From a virus, in IMG/VR virus record IMGVR_UViG_3300030049_000007: 64,000 nucleotides of DNA; one strand, written 5' to 3'. Below, piece after piece: positions 38,361 to 49,209 of the stretch. How positions within the stretch are numbered: the stretch's first letter is position 1; the number at the start of each line of letters is the position of its first letter. The position numbers were made by a program, and so were the translations under genes. Under the pieces are notes generated by a model, which had not been told where the DNA came from, did no database searches, and saw only the letters and a program-made list of their open reading frames with translations.

Positions 38361-41300
38361 TTAAAATACATTTAACTCAATTCTAAATCCCATTTCTTTT
38401 ACTTTTTCATGAATACTTTTATCATAATTCATATTTTCGTATAATTTAAATAATAAATTACTTTCTCCATCAAGATCACTTTCATAAATATTAATATCAC
38501 AACAACCTGGTTTGATAAAACCTAACAAAGCTGATTTATCTATATCTTTTACCTTAATTTTATTATCACTATACAAATTAGCTTGTGTTACTACAATTCC
38601 TAATTCATTAACCATTTCATAAATAATTAATGAAGTTTCGTTTTCATCCTCACTATTAGTATTGGTTTTTAAGATTCCTCTAAATGCATATGTTTGTTCT
38701 TTTTCAAGTATAGTTCCATATTCTGCATATTGTTTTGTAAAAAGTACTGCTTTCATTTTACCTCTAACCGTCTCGATAGTAAGAATAGCCATATCCTTAC
38801 CATCCTTCTTAGTTTTAGTTCTTTTTATTTCACTAATAATTCCAATATGTATATCTTCTTTTAGAGATTCAATCAACCATTTATTTTCGTTGAGAAATCC
38901 ACTATGTACGTTGAATCCATAGCAAGTTTTCTCCATATATGCATCTGAAGGAACATTGGCTTTTTTACCATAATCTAATGCGAATATCTCACTTGGTTCA
39001 AATAAATTAAAAATATCTGAATTTTCATTCGACTTATTAAATTTTAAAATTCTATCAATATTACCCAAAAGAACTGCTTTGTTTTTTTCGAAATGATCAA
39101 ATGCTCCACTATAAATTAATGTTGCTAATTGAGTTTTATCTAATTTATTTTTTTCGAATACCTGAATAATAGACGAATATGGTTTATTATTAGCTAAACC
39201 TATTGAGGCATTTCCCATACCTTTAATAGAACCATATCCCATCATTACGCCATCTTTAGTTAATTTAAAAGATTCCTCAGCTTCATTTAATAATGGAGGT
39301 AAAAATTCTACTTTATCTTTTAAATTAAAAAAATGAGATCTAAGTTTTGCACTATCTTTTAAATCTAAAGATAGTAATGATGCTGCGAATTCTTTTGGAT
39401 AATAGATTTTTAAATACATAGTCCAATAACTCAATAGAGCATAGGCATAACTATGGCTTTTGTTAAAGCAATAATCTGCAAATTTGAGGATCTGTAGCCA
39501 AAGCTTCTGTATTAACTCTTTATCATATCCATTATTTATAGCTCCATTAATAAAAGCATTTTCCATAGTTTTCATTAATATTTTATCTTTTTTACCAATT
39601 GCTTTTCTGAGATTATCCGCTTTTGCTAAAGTAAAGCCTGCGATTTTCTGAGAAACAAGCATTACCTCTTCCTGATAGACAAATACCCCATAAGTTTCAG
39701 CCATCAAATCCTTAAATTCTGGCAATGTATATTCAGGATTAACAGAATGCTTATTGTGAATAAAATCATCTGTCAGACCGCTCATGAGAGGTCCAGGGCG
39801 ATAGAGTGCTGTCGCCGCGGCAATATCGGCAAAATTTGTTGGTTTAATTCTAGTTAAGATTTTCTGCATTCCGTCAGATTCAAATTGAAATATCCCATGC
39901 GTTTCTGCTCTAGCAAATGCTTCAAATATTTTTGGATCATTTAGAGGAATATTTTCCATATCATAATAAGATTTACCTAATAAATTCATAGTATCTTTAA
40001 TTAATCCTAAAGTAGCTAATCCTAAAAAGTCCATTTTTAATAGACCAAACTTTTCAGAATCTTTTTTATCTAACTGACATATTCGTTCACCTTTTTCATA
40101 AGATACGCCAGTTAGTTCATTAATTGGTTTCGGTGATATAATTAAACCAGCAGCATGAATACCAGTTTGTCTAATAAATCCTTCTAACTCTAATGCTTCT
40201 TTCCAAACAGATTTATTATTCTCTGCCCAATCTTTAACTAATTCAATTTCATAAGCCTCATTTAATGTAGGAGGAGTTCCAAATTTAGATGGTGGAAAAT
40301 AAGAAGTAATTCTATTAATTTCTTCAGGATTTATATTATATAAACGTGCAGCATCTTTTAGAGCAGATTTAGATTTTAATTCAGAAAATGTAACAATTTG
40401 TGAAACATATTCCGTACCATATTTTGTTTTAATATAATCAATAACGAACTGTCTATCATTAGTACTAATATCTGTGTCAATATCTGGTGGAGAGACTCGC
40501 TCTGGATTAAGAAATCTTTCGAAATAAAGACCATTTTGAATAGGGTCAAGTTTAGTAATATCGAGACAATAAGCAACAATAGAACCGGCGGCTGAACCTC
40601 TTCCGGGACCAATAGGAATATTATGTTTCCTAGACCAATTGATAAAATCAAAATTAATAAGGAAGTAGTTTTCATAGTGTAAAGTTTTAATAACAGAAGT
40701 TTCATAATTTAATCTTTCTCTATATTCTTTTGATTCTGGGCATTTACGTTTAAAACCAGCTTCGACTAATACATCAAAATAATCTGAAGCGTTTTTGCAA
40801 TAAATAGGATATCTATCTTTACATTCTATAATAGGTTTAGAATGTCGAGTTAATAGATTTTTATAATTAGTTATAGCATCTGGAATTAAAGATGCTAATT
40901 GATAATGAGATTCATCATAATACCACTTATGCCCTTCATGTTTATATCCACGAGCAGAAAGTAATTCTACAATATTCATATCTCGTTCGGTGAGACCATA
41001 TGAATCGTAGAAAAATACTGGATTATATTGTAAATAAATTTTATTAGCTATATCTTCATTTGCATTAACTGCTATGAATATTTTTTCTTTTGGTAGTTCA
41101 TTGATAAAAAGAAAATCTGGATCAACAATCACCACAATATTACCTTCCAGAATTAAATCTGAAATAGTAATACGTGGTGAATAGTACTTATGAAAATTGG
41201 CTAAATCCGTCATTAAGCAAAGTGATTTATAAGCTTCTTCATTATAAGCAAAAAAACGTGCCCTTTGAGTAGGGACACGTTTTTCGTTATATGAATTTAC

Positions 41301-41483
41301 TACAAATAACTCTACCGATGGAATATTAAGCGGATTTAATCCTATAGAACTAACTACGGATGACATATTACCATTTTCACATATTGAAATTGGTGTATCA
41401 AATTTCATCTTTTTTAATTGTTTAAATCTAATAGCACTTTTAGATAATGTAAAATCAGTTTTAAAACCCAGATTGCATAGCAT
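38361..41483 (-). CDS. dnaE: DNA polymerase III alpha subunit (family C)
   Basis: 'GPGRGSAAGS', 'FERFLNPER', 'PDIDTD', 'GIHAAG', 'KMDFLGL', 'FNKSHS' and a C-terminal OB fold. The PHP domain looks degenerate. Confidence 0.95.
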   Translation of the reverse strand: MLCNLGFKTDFTLSKSAIRFKQLKKMKFDTPISICENGNMSSVVSSIGLNPLNIPSVELFVVNSYNEKRVPTQRARFFAYNEEAYKSLCLMTDLANFHKYYSPRITISDLILEGNIVVIVDPDFLFINELPKEKIFIAVNANEDIANKIYLQYNPVFFYDSYGLTERDMNIVELLSARGYKHEGHKWYYDESHYQLASLIPDAITNYKNLLTRHSKPIIECKDRYPIYCKNASDYFDVLVEAGFKRKCPESKEYRERLNYETSVIKTLHYENYFLINFDFINWSRKHNIPIGPGRGSAAGSIVAYCLDITKLDPIQNGLYFERFLNPERVSPPDIDTDISTNDRQFVIDYIKTKYGTEYVSQIVTFSELKSKSALKDAARLYNINPEEINRITSYFPPSKFGTPPTLNEAYEIELVKDWAENNKSVWKEALELEGFIRQTGIHAAGLIISPKPINELTGVSYEKGERICQLDKKDSEKFGLLKMDFLGLATLGLIKDTMNLLGKSYYDMENIPLNDPKIFEAFARAETHGIFQFESDGMQKILTRIKPTNFADIAAATALYRPGPLMSGLTDDFIHNKHSVNPEYTLPEFKDLMAETYGVFVYQEEVMLVSQKIAGFTLAKADNLRKAIGKKDKILMKTMENAFINGAINNGYDKELIQKLWLQILKFADYCFNKSHSYAYALLSYWTMYLKIYYPKEFAASLLSLDLKDSAKLRSHFFNLKDKVEFLPPLLNEAEESFKLTKDGVMMGYGSIKGMGNASIGLANNKPYSSIIQVFEKNKLDKTQLATLIYSGAFDHFEKNKAVLLGNIDRILKFNKSNENSDIFNLFEPSEIFALDYGKKANVPSDAYMEKTCYGFNVHSGFLNENKWLIESLKEDIHIGIISEIKRTKTKKDGKDMAILTIETVRGKMKAVLFTKQYAEYGTILEKEQTYAFRGILKTNTNSEDENETSLIIYEMVNELGIVVTQANLYSDNKIKVKDIDKSALLGFIKPGCCDINIYESDLDGESNLLFKLYENMNYDKSIHEKVKEMGFRIELNVF

Positions 41484-41536
41484 TTATATATTCTCCATTC
41501 AGAGCAGGCCATCGGAATAATGGCGACCCTAGAATA

Positions 41537-41565
41537 ATTGTAACACAAAAATTCCTAAATGTCAC
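41537..41565 (-). promoter_or_regulatory. Class II promoter upstream of dnaE
   Basis: GTGACA-N17-TACAAT with a TG extension. Confidence 0.6.
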
Positions 41566-42173
41566 TCATCTTTATTATAAGAAAGTGGAATGGTATTCAC
41601 AAAATTTTCATCAACTTCAAGATCCTCATAATCAAAAGTATCCATAGCTTCTGTATAATCCATATTTTCAATTAAAATAGTTTTAATATAAATCTTCTTT
41701 CCATGATCCATTTGATGTTCAATATAACCATCTCGTGGATTTTCACAAGCTAGAATAATTACACTATCCATTTTTAAATCCTCTCTTTTCCCATTCAGTT
41801 CTGCATATAGGATGATATATTTCCCATTTGCTCATATCTGGATCATTTTCCTGAGCATACTTTTGAAATTCTAAAGTTTCTTCTTCATTCAAATCTCGAA
41901 AATACATACACGACCCCAGTTTAGTTTTTCGAATTATTGAGAGTTTTGGTTTATATGGGATTTTAGATTCTATGGAAATTTTCTTAGCTAATTCAATTAA
42001 TTCAGTTGATGGAAATAATCCTTCAATTGGTTTATTTCTCCACTTTTTAAATTCCCAATAATAATGACCATCATTATTTTTAATTGCTATAAATATACAA
42101 ATATCCCAATACCAAATTCCATCTGGAGATTCGGAATGTTTAATTGTTAATACTTTATCTGAGATTACGTTTA

Positions 42174-42884
42174 TCATCCTAAAGTTGCTTTAGGTCTATA
42201 AGTAGAATTTAAATCTACGCTTTTACCCGCCTTATGACCTTGATTGTAGGCTTCGCTATTAATCTTAGTATTACTACCAGTTCCTTTACGTAACTTACCA
42301 ACACTTTCTGAAATAAAATCATCTACATCATCAAGCTGATGCTCTACTTTAATAATGGTAAATTTAGAAAAACCTACTTGAGCACGTTTCTTGCCTTCGT
42401 ATAATTTTTCCGAAATGCCGGCTACTGCTCCAAGAAACCAAGACTGAGCGTAACTATGTCCTCCACCAATAATGGCAAATACAGAAAGATTAGTTAATGT
42501 TACTACTGCATATCCAAGTAAGAATCTGACATTATCAATATCGGTTTGTCGTCCAAAGATAATTAGCTTAGTACCACGTTTTTGATCTGCGCTTGGAGAA
42601 TAACCATATTTTACTAAACGACAATTATTAAAAGTTGCTAACATGGTTGCTAGTTGACTCTTCCACCCTGGAATTCTACCAGCCATAAATAGAGGTTCTT
42701 CGTCCTTAATAATAGGTTCATTATTTATGATAATCGAATCATGCAATTCTGCTTCAGTTAATCGATATTTAATTAAAAGTTCCTGAGCAAAACCCATAGC
42801 AAGAGCGGCTTCATTTTCATTAGCCGAAGCCGCCATTGCTAAGAGTTTCCGAATACGTTCTTTAATTGTTTCCGTAGTATCCAT
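42174..42884 (-). CDS. DUF2786-domain protein
   Basis: 'IKERIRKLLAMA...NENEAALAM..AQEL..KY' and a C-terminal 'AY.QG..AG..V.L'. Confidence 0.75.
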   Translation of the reverse strand: MDTTETIKERIRKLLAMAASANENEAALAMGFAQELLIKYRLTEAELHDSIIINNEPIIKDEEPLFMAGRIPGWKSQLATMLATFNNCRLVKYGYSPSADQKRGTKLIIFGRQTDIDNVRFLLGYAVVTLTNLSVFAIIGGGHSYAQSWFLGAVAGISEKLYEGKKRAQVGFSKFTIIKVEHQLDDVDDFISESVGKLRKGTGSNTKINSEAYNQGHKAGKSVDLNSTYRPKATLG

Positions 42885-43500
42885 TAGCGTTCAATTGCCT
42901 CTTAGCTTCATCATCCCAAAATTTAGGAAATTCATTATCTACTTTATAAACATATTCTTCTGCGGCTTCATTATTCTCATCATACTTAATCATGAGTTGA
43001 TAGTATGTTCCAAAATCATGAGGACATCCTTTGAGTCTAAAACTTACAGTTTCTGGAATTAATCCAAAAGTACGTTCAATCTGATTTACTAAGGTGTAAT
43101 ATTCTAATTTAGATTTAGTATAGTAATCATCTTTACCATTCTGAATACATTCTTCTTCTGAAGGCACTGTGTCGAATTCAATATAATCCATTTAATTATT
43201 TACCAAATTCAAAAAGTCACTTACAATCTTTGTACGATTTACATAACGGGTATCAAGATCTATTAAGAATGCAATAAACTGCTGAATAGTATTCTTACTA
43301 TTTTCATTCAAAGGAATGTCAGTTTTATAAATTCCCAGATTATCACTATTAAGCTTAAGTTTGTAAGTAGAATCAGTTTCCCTAATATAATTGATAATAG
43401 TAGTGTTGTCTGGCGGAAAAATGACATTCAATTCAATAGAATCAATATCTGACCTATCGACCAAATCTACTGTAGTTTTGATATTTTCGAAAGTCTTCAT

Positions 43501-43914
43501 TTAGCACCCCATCCTTCGTTCCATTTCAGATTCCATATCCATTTCATAAATAACTTGACTAGTTAATTCAATTTCATTTAAAATCTCTTTATCACATAAT
43601 TCTTTATCTATAACAATCAATCTTCCTTCGCCTTTACAAATATCACATCTTTGATCATAACATCCTTCTCTCATTTCTTCCATAAAATCTGGATCATAGT
43701 CTTCATCTTCAGAACTAAATGCAATATCTCTCAAACTAGTTCTAAGATGTCTACCTTCTCCATTACAGTTTTCACAAAGTTCAATCTTGTGAGGTACTAC
43801 TTCTGCGCCATTTTCAAAATATAAAATAAGTTCATTTTGTTTAAATTCTGCGTCAAAATTTTCTACAAGAAAAGGATCAATTGGAATCATTCTTCTATAT
43901 ATCCTAAAAACCAA
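43501..43914 (-). CDS. Protein with DnaJ-type CxxCxGxG zinc-finger repeats
   Basis: 'CENCNGEG' and 'CDICKGEG'. Confidence 0.6.
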   Translation of the reverse strand: MVFRIYRRMIPIDPFLVENFDAEFKQNELILYFENGAEVVPHKIELCENCNGEGRHLRTSLRDIAFSSEDEDYDPDFMEEMREGCYDQRCDICKGEGRLIVIDKELCDKEILNEIELTSQVIYEMDMESEMERRMGC

Positions 43915-45461
43915 GGTCCACGTTCTTTAGTTCTACGTTTAAGATATGGTTTGTTACAAGTTTTCCAAGATGATTCTAGATCTTTACAAATATCTTGTGC
44001 TTCTTGTAAAGTTAAATTAGAATAGATTGTAGACTTTTTTAATTTTTCATTCATATAGAAAACTTTGACTTTATACATTGCTCTTCTCCATTAGCAAGAT
44101 ATTTAGCATATTCCAACATTAACTTTTTACTCGGCATACTATATGGATTTCCCATAGCAACCTGTTCTTCCAAAAACTTTGCTAAATACTTATACATTAA
44201 CGAAAGATATGCTTCAGCAAAATATTCTTTTGACTTATTGAACGTTCTAGCTAATTTAACTACTTTAAGATCTGTGATTTTAAGTTCTAAATAGAATTGA
44301 ACTTCATTTGAATAAAAGATATCTAAATTTTCGAATGTAGTTTTAATCATTTGATTTGAAGTCCAATAAAAGCAGCGTGATCTACAACTTCGATATACTC
44401 TTCAAAAGGTCCATATGTTGCAAATACTTTTTTAGAAATAACATCTATATCTAGAAGAAAAAGTAGTAATTTTCCATCAATATTTTTAATCTCAACTAAT
44501 CCGATATGTTGATGTTTAGTCATTTTTGATCATTCCTTTAGCGAAGTTGTACATTATCTCATTAGCTTTAATGAATTTTACATGAGATTCAGTAAAAGAT
44601 TTAAATAATAATTCTAAATCTTGTTTAAATTTATAACCTTTTGCTAAATCTACTTCGGCCCCAATTCTTAAATCTTCACAACTCCATCTATTATCAAAAT
44701 CAAAAACTGCATCAAGTTCATTTGAGTTGACTTCACAAATATACTTCTTTGGATAACCTTCTCCATAACCTAATATTTTCACATTATCTCCTGTACACGA
44801 GCATGATAATAGTCTTTTTCGAGAGTGATAATTCTAGTAAAAATAAAATTCTCAATAGTAAACTCATTTAAAGATCTAATTGAAGTATAAAGAAAACTAT
44901 AACTAATATTTAGTTCTCTAGCAAGTGCAGCAAGATTGGTGAATGTTTGACCTTTATTGGTTTTTTTATTATATATAATCCATTCATTATAATTAATATA
45001 TTTTCCACGATCAAGATTATTATTTTTCTTAACCTTTTCTTTCCAAATTTCTTTTTCGGTTGGTTTATAATCAATACGTTCAATTTTAAGAAAATCATTA
45101 TTATAAGGAGTTCTAGGACTACTACTAATCCTATTATAGATATGATTGTAAAAACCTTTATTTCCATTCGGAAAATGATTTTTTAGTTCAGTCATCAATT
45201 GATGCTGTTCAATCACATAGGATTCTTCAGTATTCTTTACTGTAATCTTATACTCATTTCAATCATGCCTTTCAGGTGGTCGATATTTAATTACGTATTT
45301 CTTATCCATTAGATCTTTCATGATTTTTTGCTTAATAAGTTCGCAAGTATATTGATTAATTCCATTATTATTTCCTAAATTAACTTGTTCTATAATGGTA
45401 ATTACTTTCTGTAAAAATTCTTCTTTAACATCTCTTATAGTTCTCATTATTCTCCATAGCT

Positions 45462-45693
45462 AAAAAAGGCACCGTTTCGCCATATAGGCCGGGTCGGTGG
45501 TTCCCTTATTACAACTAATCGTTAGTCCCCTTTGCGAACTTAAACGTTAGCTTTTCTATGCTCTTATTTCCCCGAAGGTTATAGAGATTGCATAGAAGAC
45601 TCTATAGAGGTTTAGCTATACTAGCCAGTTTACTCCGTCGCTTTCGCTGTTGAGGTACTTACGACAAGACCCGGTTAACCTCTAAACCGTTCC
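45462..45693 (-). ncRNA. Candidate structured non-coding RNA (~230 nt)
   Basis: No credible ORF, GC-enriched, multiple stems. Bounded by a class I promoter and a hairpin-TTTTTTAGCTAT end. Confidence 0.65.
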
Positions 45694-45699
45694 ATATAT

Positions 45700-45729
45700 A
45701 TTATAACAAAAAAATGTCTAATTTTGCAA
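45700..45729 (-). promoter_or_regulatory. Class I promoter copy 3 (drives the candidate ncRNA)
   Basis: TTGCAA-N18-TATAAT. Confidence 0.8.
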
Positions 45730-45879
45730 AGCAATCATGCATCCAGGGTGTAGTTCTCTCGCCAGACGCATTGCGCTTTGAATTGAAAGATTCAAATCTC
45801 TTTGAAGTTCTTCGACTTCTAAATTCAATTGATTGGTTGCAAAAACAAACAACTGCCTATCACTTTCCATTAAGGTCAT
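45718..45879 (-). CDS. Small hypothetical protein (53 aa), not in the ORF track
   Basis: GGGAG SD; MTLMESDRQLFVFATNQLNLEVEELQRDL...ALQN*; downstream of promoter copy 4. Confidence 0.55.
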   Translation of the reverse strand: MTLMESDRQLFVFATNQLNLEVEELQRDLNLSIQSAMRLARELHPGCMIALQN

Positions 45880-45917
45880 TTCATCTCCCAATAGAAAACA
45901 TAATTGTTTTCATATAT

Positions 45918-45947
45918 ATTATAACAAAATATAGGACTTATTTGCAT
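45918..45947 (-). promoter_or_regulatory. Class I promoter copy 4
   Basis: TGCAA-N18-TATAAT. Confidence 0.75.
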
Positions 45948-45972
45948 AGCTAAAAAAAGCCCCGAAGGGCTA
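45946..45972 (-). terminator. Intrinsic terminator
   Basis: AGCCC-TTCG-GGGCT followed by TTTTTTAGCTAT. Confidence 0.8.
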
Positions 45973-46257
45973 ACCTTTACGAAACATTCGTGTATTATTT
46001 GCAGATACTAATATTTCTTTAGTTCCCCAAGATGTAATAATTTGTTGAAATCCATTATATTTATAATCATTAAATTTATTTTCAGGACTGTTACGAAGAT
46101 ATTCCATCATAATAGAAAATGTCTTAAATTTAATTGCTTCAAATATATCTTCAGTCCAACCACTCTCTGAAAGATAAAGTGGATCAGATTTTCTTTTTAC
46201 ATTAGCGGTGAAAACAAATCCAAGACTTTTTTGACCTAAAAGCATGATTTTCTCCAT
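45970..46257 (-). CDS. Hypothetical early protein (single-gene cassette)
   Basis: Lies between promoter copy 5 and a terminator. Confidence 0.6.
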   Translation of the reverse strand: MEKIMLLGQKSLGFVFTANVKRKSDPLYLSESGWTEDIFEAIKFKTFSIMMEYLRNSPENKFNDYKYNGFQQIITSWGTKEILVSANNTRMFRKG

Positions 46258-46290
46258 AAGTAGTTTAAAGACATAATTGTCTTCATATAT

Positions 46291-46320
46291 ATTATAACAT
46301 AATATTAGTTATTTTTGCAT
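46291..46320 (-). promoter_or_regulatory. Class I promoter copy 5
   Basis: TGCAA-N18-TATAAT. Confidence 0.75.
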
Positions 46321-46357
46321 AGCTAAATAAAAAGCCCTTTCGGGCTTTTTATTTTTT
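46319..46357. terminator. Bidirectional terminator
   Basis: AAAAAGCCC-tttc-GGGCTTTTT. Confidence 0.8.
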
Positions 46358-47303
46358 AAGATGGACTAATCTCTTCTCCAACTTCATTAAATACAGTAAA
46401 TCTCCTACGTGTATTTTTATAATTGATTGCATAGAGAATAAATTTAATAAATTCAGAAAACTGACCAGCATGACAAAATTTAGCTAATTTCATAAAACGA
46501 GGAAAACGAATAATCTTCTCTCCATCTTCTGGTTTAATGGTTCTCTGATTTTCAAGCCAGATAAGATATCCCGCCGTCATAAATGGAACTGAATACAAAG
46601 TTCCAATTTTATATTCTTTTTTTGCCATTTCGGAAATTGGAATCCACCACATAAGAAATACCTGAAAATCAAGCATATTTCCCTTATCGCCATTAATAAA
46701 TTCCTCTAACAATTCTTCCCTACTATAACCACGTAAAGCATTACTAATAGATTTGTTCTTTAACATTTTTCGCGCATTAAGATTAGTATTAATTACATTT
46801 GTCCAAGAGAGTTTCTTGGTAGCCTGTTCAAAACCAATTTGAAATTTATTATTTTTATTAAAATACTCTACCCAATTACTTTGAAATGCATTAGCCTCTA
46901 AAACATTAATATTACTTTGTTTGCGCATATTATTAATATTTGTTTCATAAAATTTAATAACATTTTCTAACTTATAATCAAAATAACCCCAATCATAAAT
47001 GGTAGGTCTAATAATAAACTCTATATTTGCTTCAATTGCTTTTTCATATTCTGCCGTAGTTCGATGATTTCCGTCAACTACAGTATACGCAGTTTTGGAA
47101 TATTTTGGATCTTTAGTGGTTGAATTATCAATAAAATGATAAGCTGAATTTTCAATTCCTTCCATATTTTGTTTTAATTTATTAATATGTTCTCTAGCAG
47201 TTTTATTGTTTAAATTTCGCGTGACATTTAAAAACATTTTATTATAATCAGTTTTGGCATTAATTTTAATAGTTTTAATGTATGGTTTAAAATCTTCGGT
47301 CAT
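46356..47303 (-). CDS. ParB/Srx-like (DGxHR) domain protein
   Basis: 'YTVVDGNHRTTA' and 'NVTRNLN...HINKL' N-terminal pattern. Confidence 0.55.
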   Translation of the reverse strand: MTEDFKPYIKTIKINAKTDYNKMFLNVTRNLNNKTAREHINKLKQNMEGIENSAYHFIDNSTTKDPKYSKTAYTVVDGNHRTTAEYEKAIEANIEFIIRPTIYDWGYFDYKLENVIKFYETNINNMRKQSNINVLEANAFQSNWVEYFNKNNKFQIGFEQATKKLSWTNVINTNLNARKMLKNKSISNALRGYSREELLEEFINGDKGNMLDFQVFLMWWIPISEMAKKEYKIGTLYSVPFMTAGYLIWLENQRTIKPEDGEKIIRFPRFMKLAKFCHAGQFSEFIKFILYAINYKNTRRRFTVFNEVGEEISPS

Positions 47304-47360
47304 TATATTATGCCTCTCTTTTTCATTTTCATGGTATGATGTAGGTTAGGAGTGTGAAAC

Positions 47361-47573
47361 GTGGGTTCAAAAAAAGAGAAAAAAGAAATAGATTCTCTTC
47401 CTATTCGAGAACAATTACCACCTATCGACAAAAATTATGCTAAGCCATGTAAAGATTGTAGAAAAAGGGATTCCTGCATCTTACTCCGTCCCATTAAAGA
47501 ACAATGTTCCAGTTTTGATGAAGGAACCCCTTGGTCTATTCTTTATGAGAATTCGTTGCCTTCTCTACGGTGA
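47361..47573 (+). CDS. Small Cys-rich protein
   Basis: AGGAG SD with a GTG start and an upstream TGgTATGAT -10; 'CKDC.....C.........C'. Confidence 0.5.
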   Translation: MGSKKEKKEIDSLPIREQLPPIDKNYAKPCKDCRKRDSCILLRPIKEQCSSFDEGTPWSILYENSLPSLR

Positions 47574-49119
47574 AGGCATTTTCTACTATACCAACAAGTT
47601 GATCGTGGTCAATCTTATACAATCTATCATTATGAATCAATTCTACAATTCTTTTTTCTGAAACAGAAAGTTCAATTGCATCTAAAATACAATTGTATAA
47701 ATTAGCACCAATTTTTGCATTAATTTTAACTTTATCGATAGTAATTGATTCCATTTTTTATTCCCCAGATTCAGTATAGGTATACTAAATAAATTTAACT
47801 ATATCAGTTTGTGGAATTGCATACCATTGAGACCAATACTTTTTAATTTCTCGCAAAGATTCATCTGGTTCAAAATAACCAATACCGACAAGAGTGATTT
47901 CATTAAACCATATATGATTTTGCAAATCATTCCAATCTGGTTCTTCAAATATAAATCTATATTTTGGATTTATTACAATTTTATTATTATTAATTACTAC
48001 ATAACCTTTATCTAATGCTAGATTAATATCTTCACAAATTTTCTTTACTTTAAAATAATTAATTTTTATTTGTTTATCTGAAATCATTTCAAACTCCATG
48101 TATAACAATCCCATTGTTTTACAGCGAGAGGATTTCTGACTATTCTACCTTGATCCATAAGTTCTTGCAAATCTTGAGTAATATGATCTGGCCAATGTTC
48201 CGAATCAATAACTTCTCCAATCTCACGACCCGTTAAGGCTTTGTGAGATTGGAGAAGTTCTAGAATTAGTGGTAACATATTCTTCCGACCAATTCTGGTA
48301 AAAGTCCATGTTCTTTCAACCAAACTTCATTACTATGCCTTCTATTTTTTTGCTTAATAATTGCTGTAGTAGAAATCTTTTTATCAATTACTAATTTCTC
48401 TAAAGATTCCAATGGATCATTATAGAACCAAGAAATTTTCCATCCATCAATAGTGGTGGAATCTTCTTTATATTTTTTAGCTTTTGCAATTTGACTATAA
48501 ATATATATTGGTTCATAATTATATTTTCGAATAAATATTGCTAAATTACAAAGTTTTACTGTAACTCCATTTGCAATTGCGGTAATTTCCCAATGACCAG
48601 TTCTCTTTTTCATTAGAATTCAACCTCATGATTTAATACTCGACGCATGATTTCAGGATGTTCATTTTTCGAAAAATCAAGAAAACATGTGAAACAGTCA
48701 AAATCTTGAGTTACACAATATTGAATTGAAATAATTTCTAATACTGGTAATTTATTTCCAATTTTAATTTGACCATAAAAAGGAACCTTATCACCAATCA
48801 TTGGTCTAAATGGAAGTTCTGAAATATAAGGTTTATCAGAATATGCATCGATATTTGTATGAAAGAAAACCTTAAACATTTAATCCTCCGGATTAATCGT
48901 AAAGTCTACTACGTCATGTTTTCCATATTTGTCAATAAGAAGTGATCTACGCCAGAAAAATCTATTACCACCATCTGTTATAAAATCTCCATATACTGGA
49001 TCATTTTCGTGTGGAGATTCCGAAATAGCAATTTGAATAATTAGTTTTTGAGGAATTCTAATATGATTATCTAGAAAATCATTTAATTCTTCTTTTGTGT
49101 ATTCTTCTAACTTTTTCAT
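47536..49119 (-). other. Six small hypothetical genes (48084..48323 is winged-helix-like)
   Basis: Packed minus-strand ORFs. Confidence 0.6.
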
Positions 49120-49152
49120 TTTAGATCCATTATATCTCTCTATGAGAAATGA

Positions 49153-49180
49153 AAACAGGCACCTAATTGGTGCCTGTTAT
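49153..49180 (-). terminator. Terminator after ssb
   Basis: AACAGGCACC-taatt-GGTGCCTGTT. Confidence 0.7.
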
Positions 49181-49209
49181 TATTTTACATTTACTAGAAC
49201 CTTATTATA

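Larger units (their letters stand above)
41562..45447 (-). other. Run of about 13 small, tightly packed hypothetical early genes
   Basis: Contiguous or overlapping minus-strand ORFs of 58-236 aa. Confidence 0.7.

Noticed and set aside
38361-41483. Intein or intron in dnaE (and terL)
   Set aside because: The motifs are contiguous at normal spacing and no splicing motifs were seen.
45714-45953. Plus-strand 79-aa ORF and other antisense or nested ORFs in the track (e.g. 854, 1097, 8031, 49306, 62277)
   Set aside because: They are shadows of better-supported genes or promoter cassettes and have no SD or recognisable motifs.
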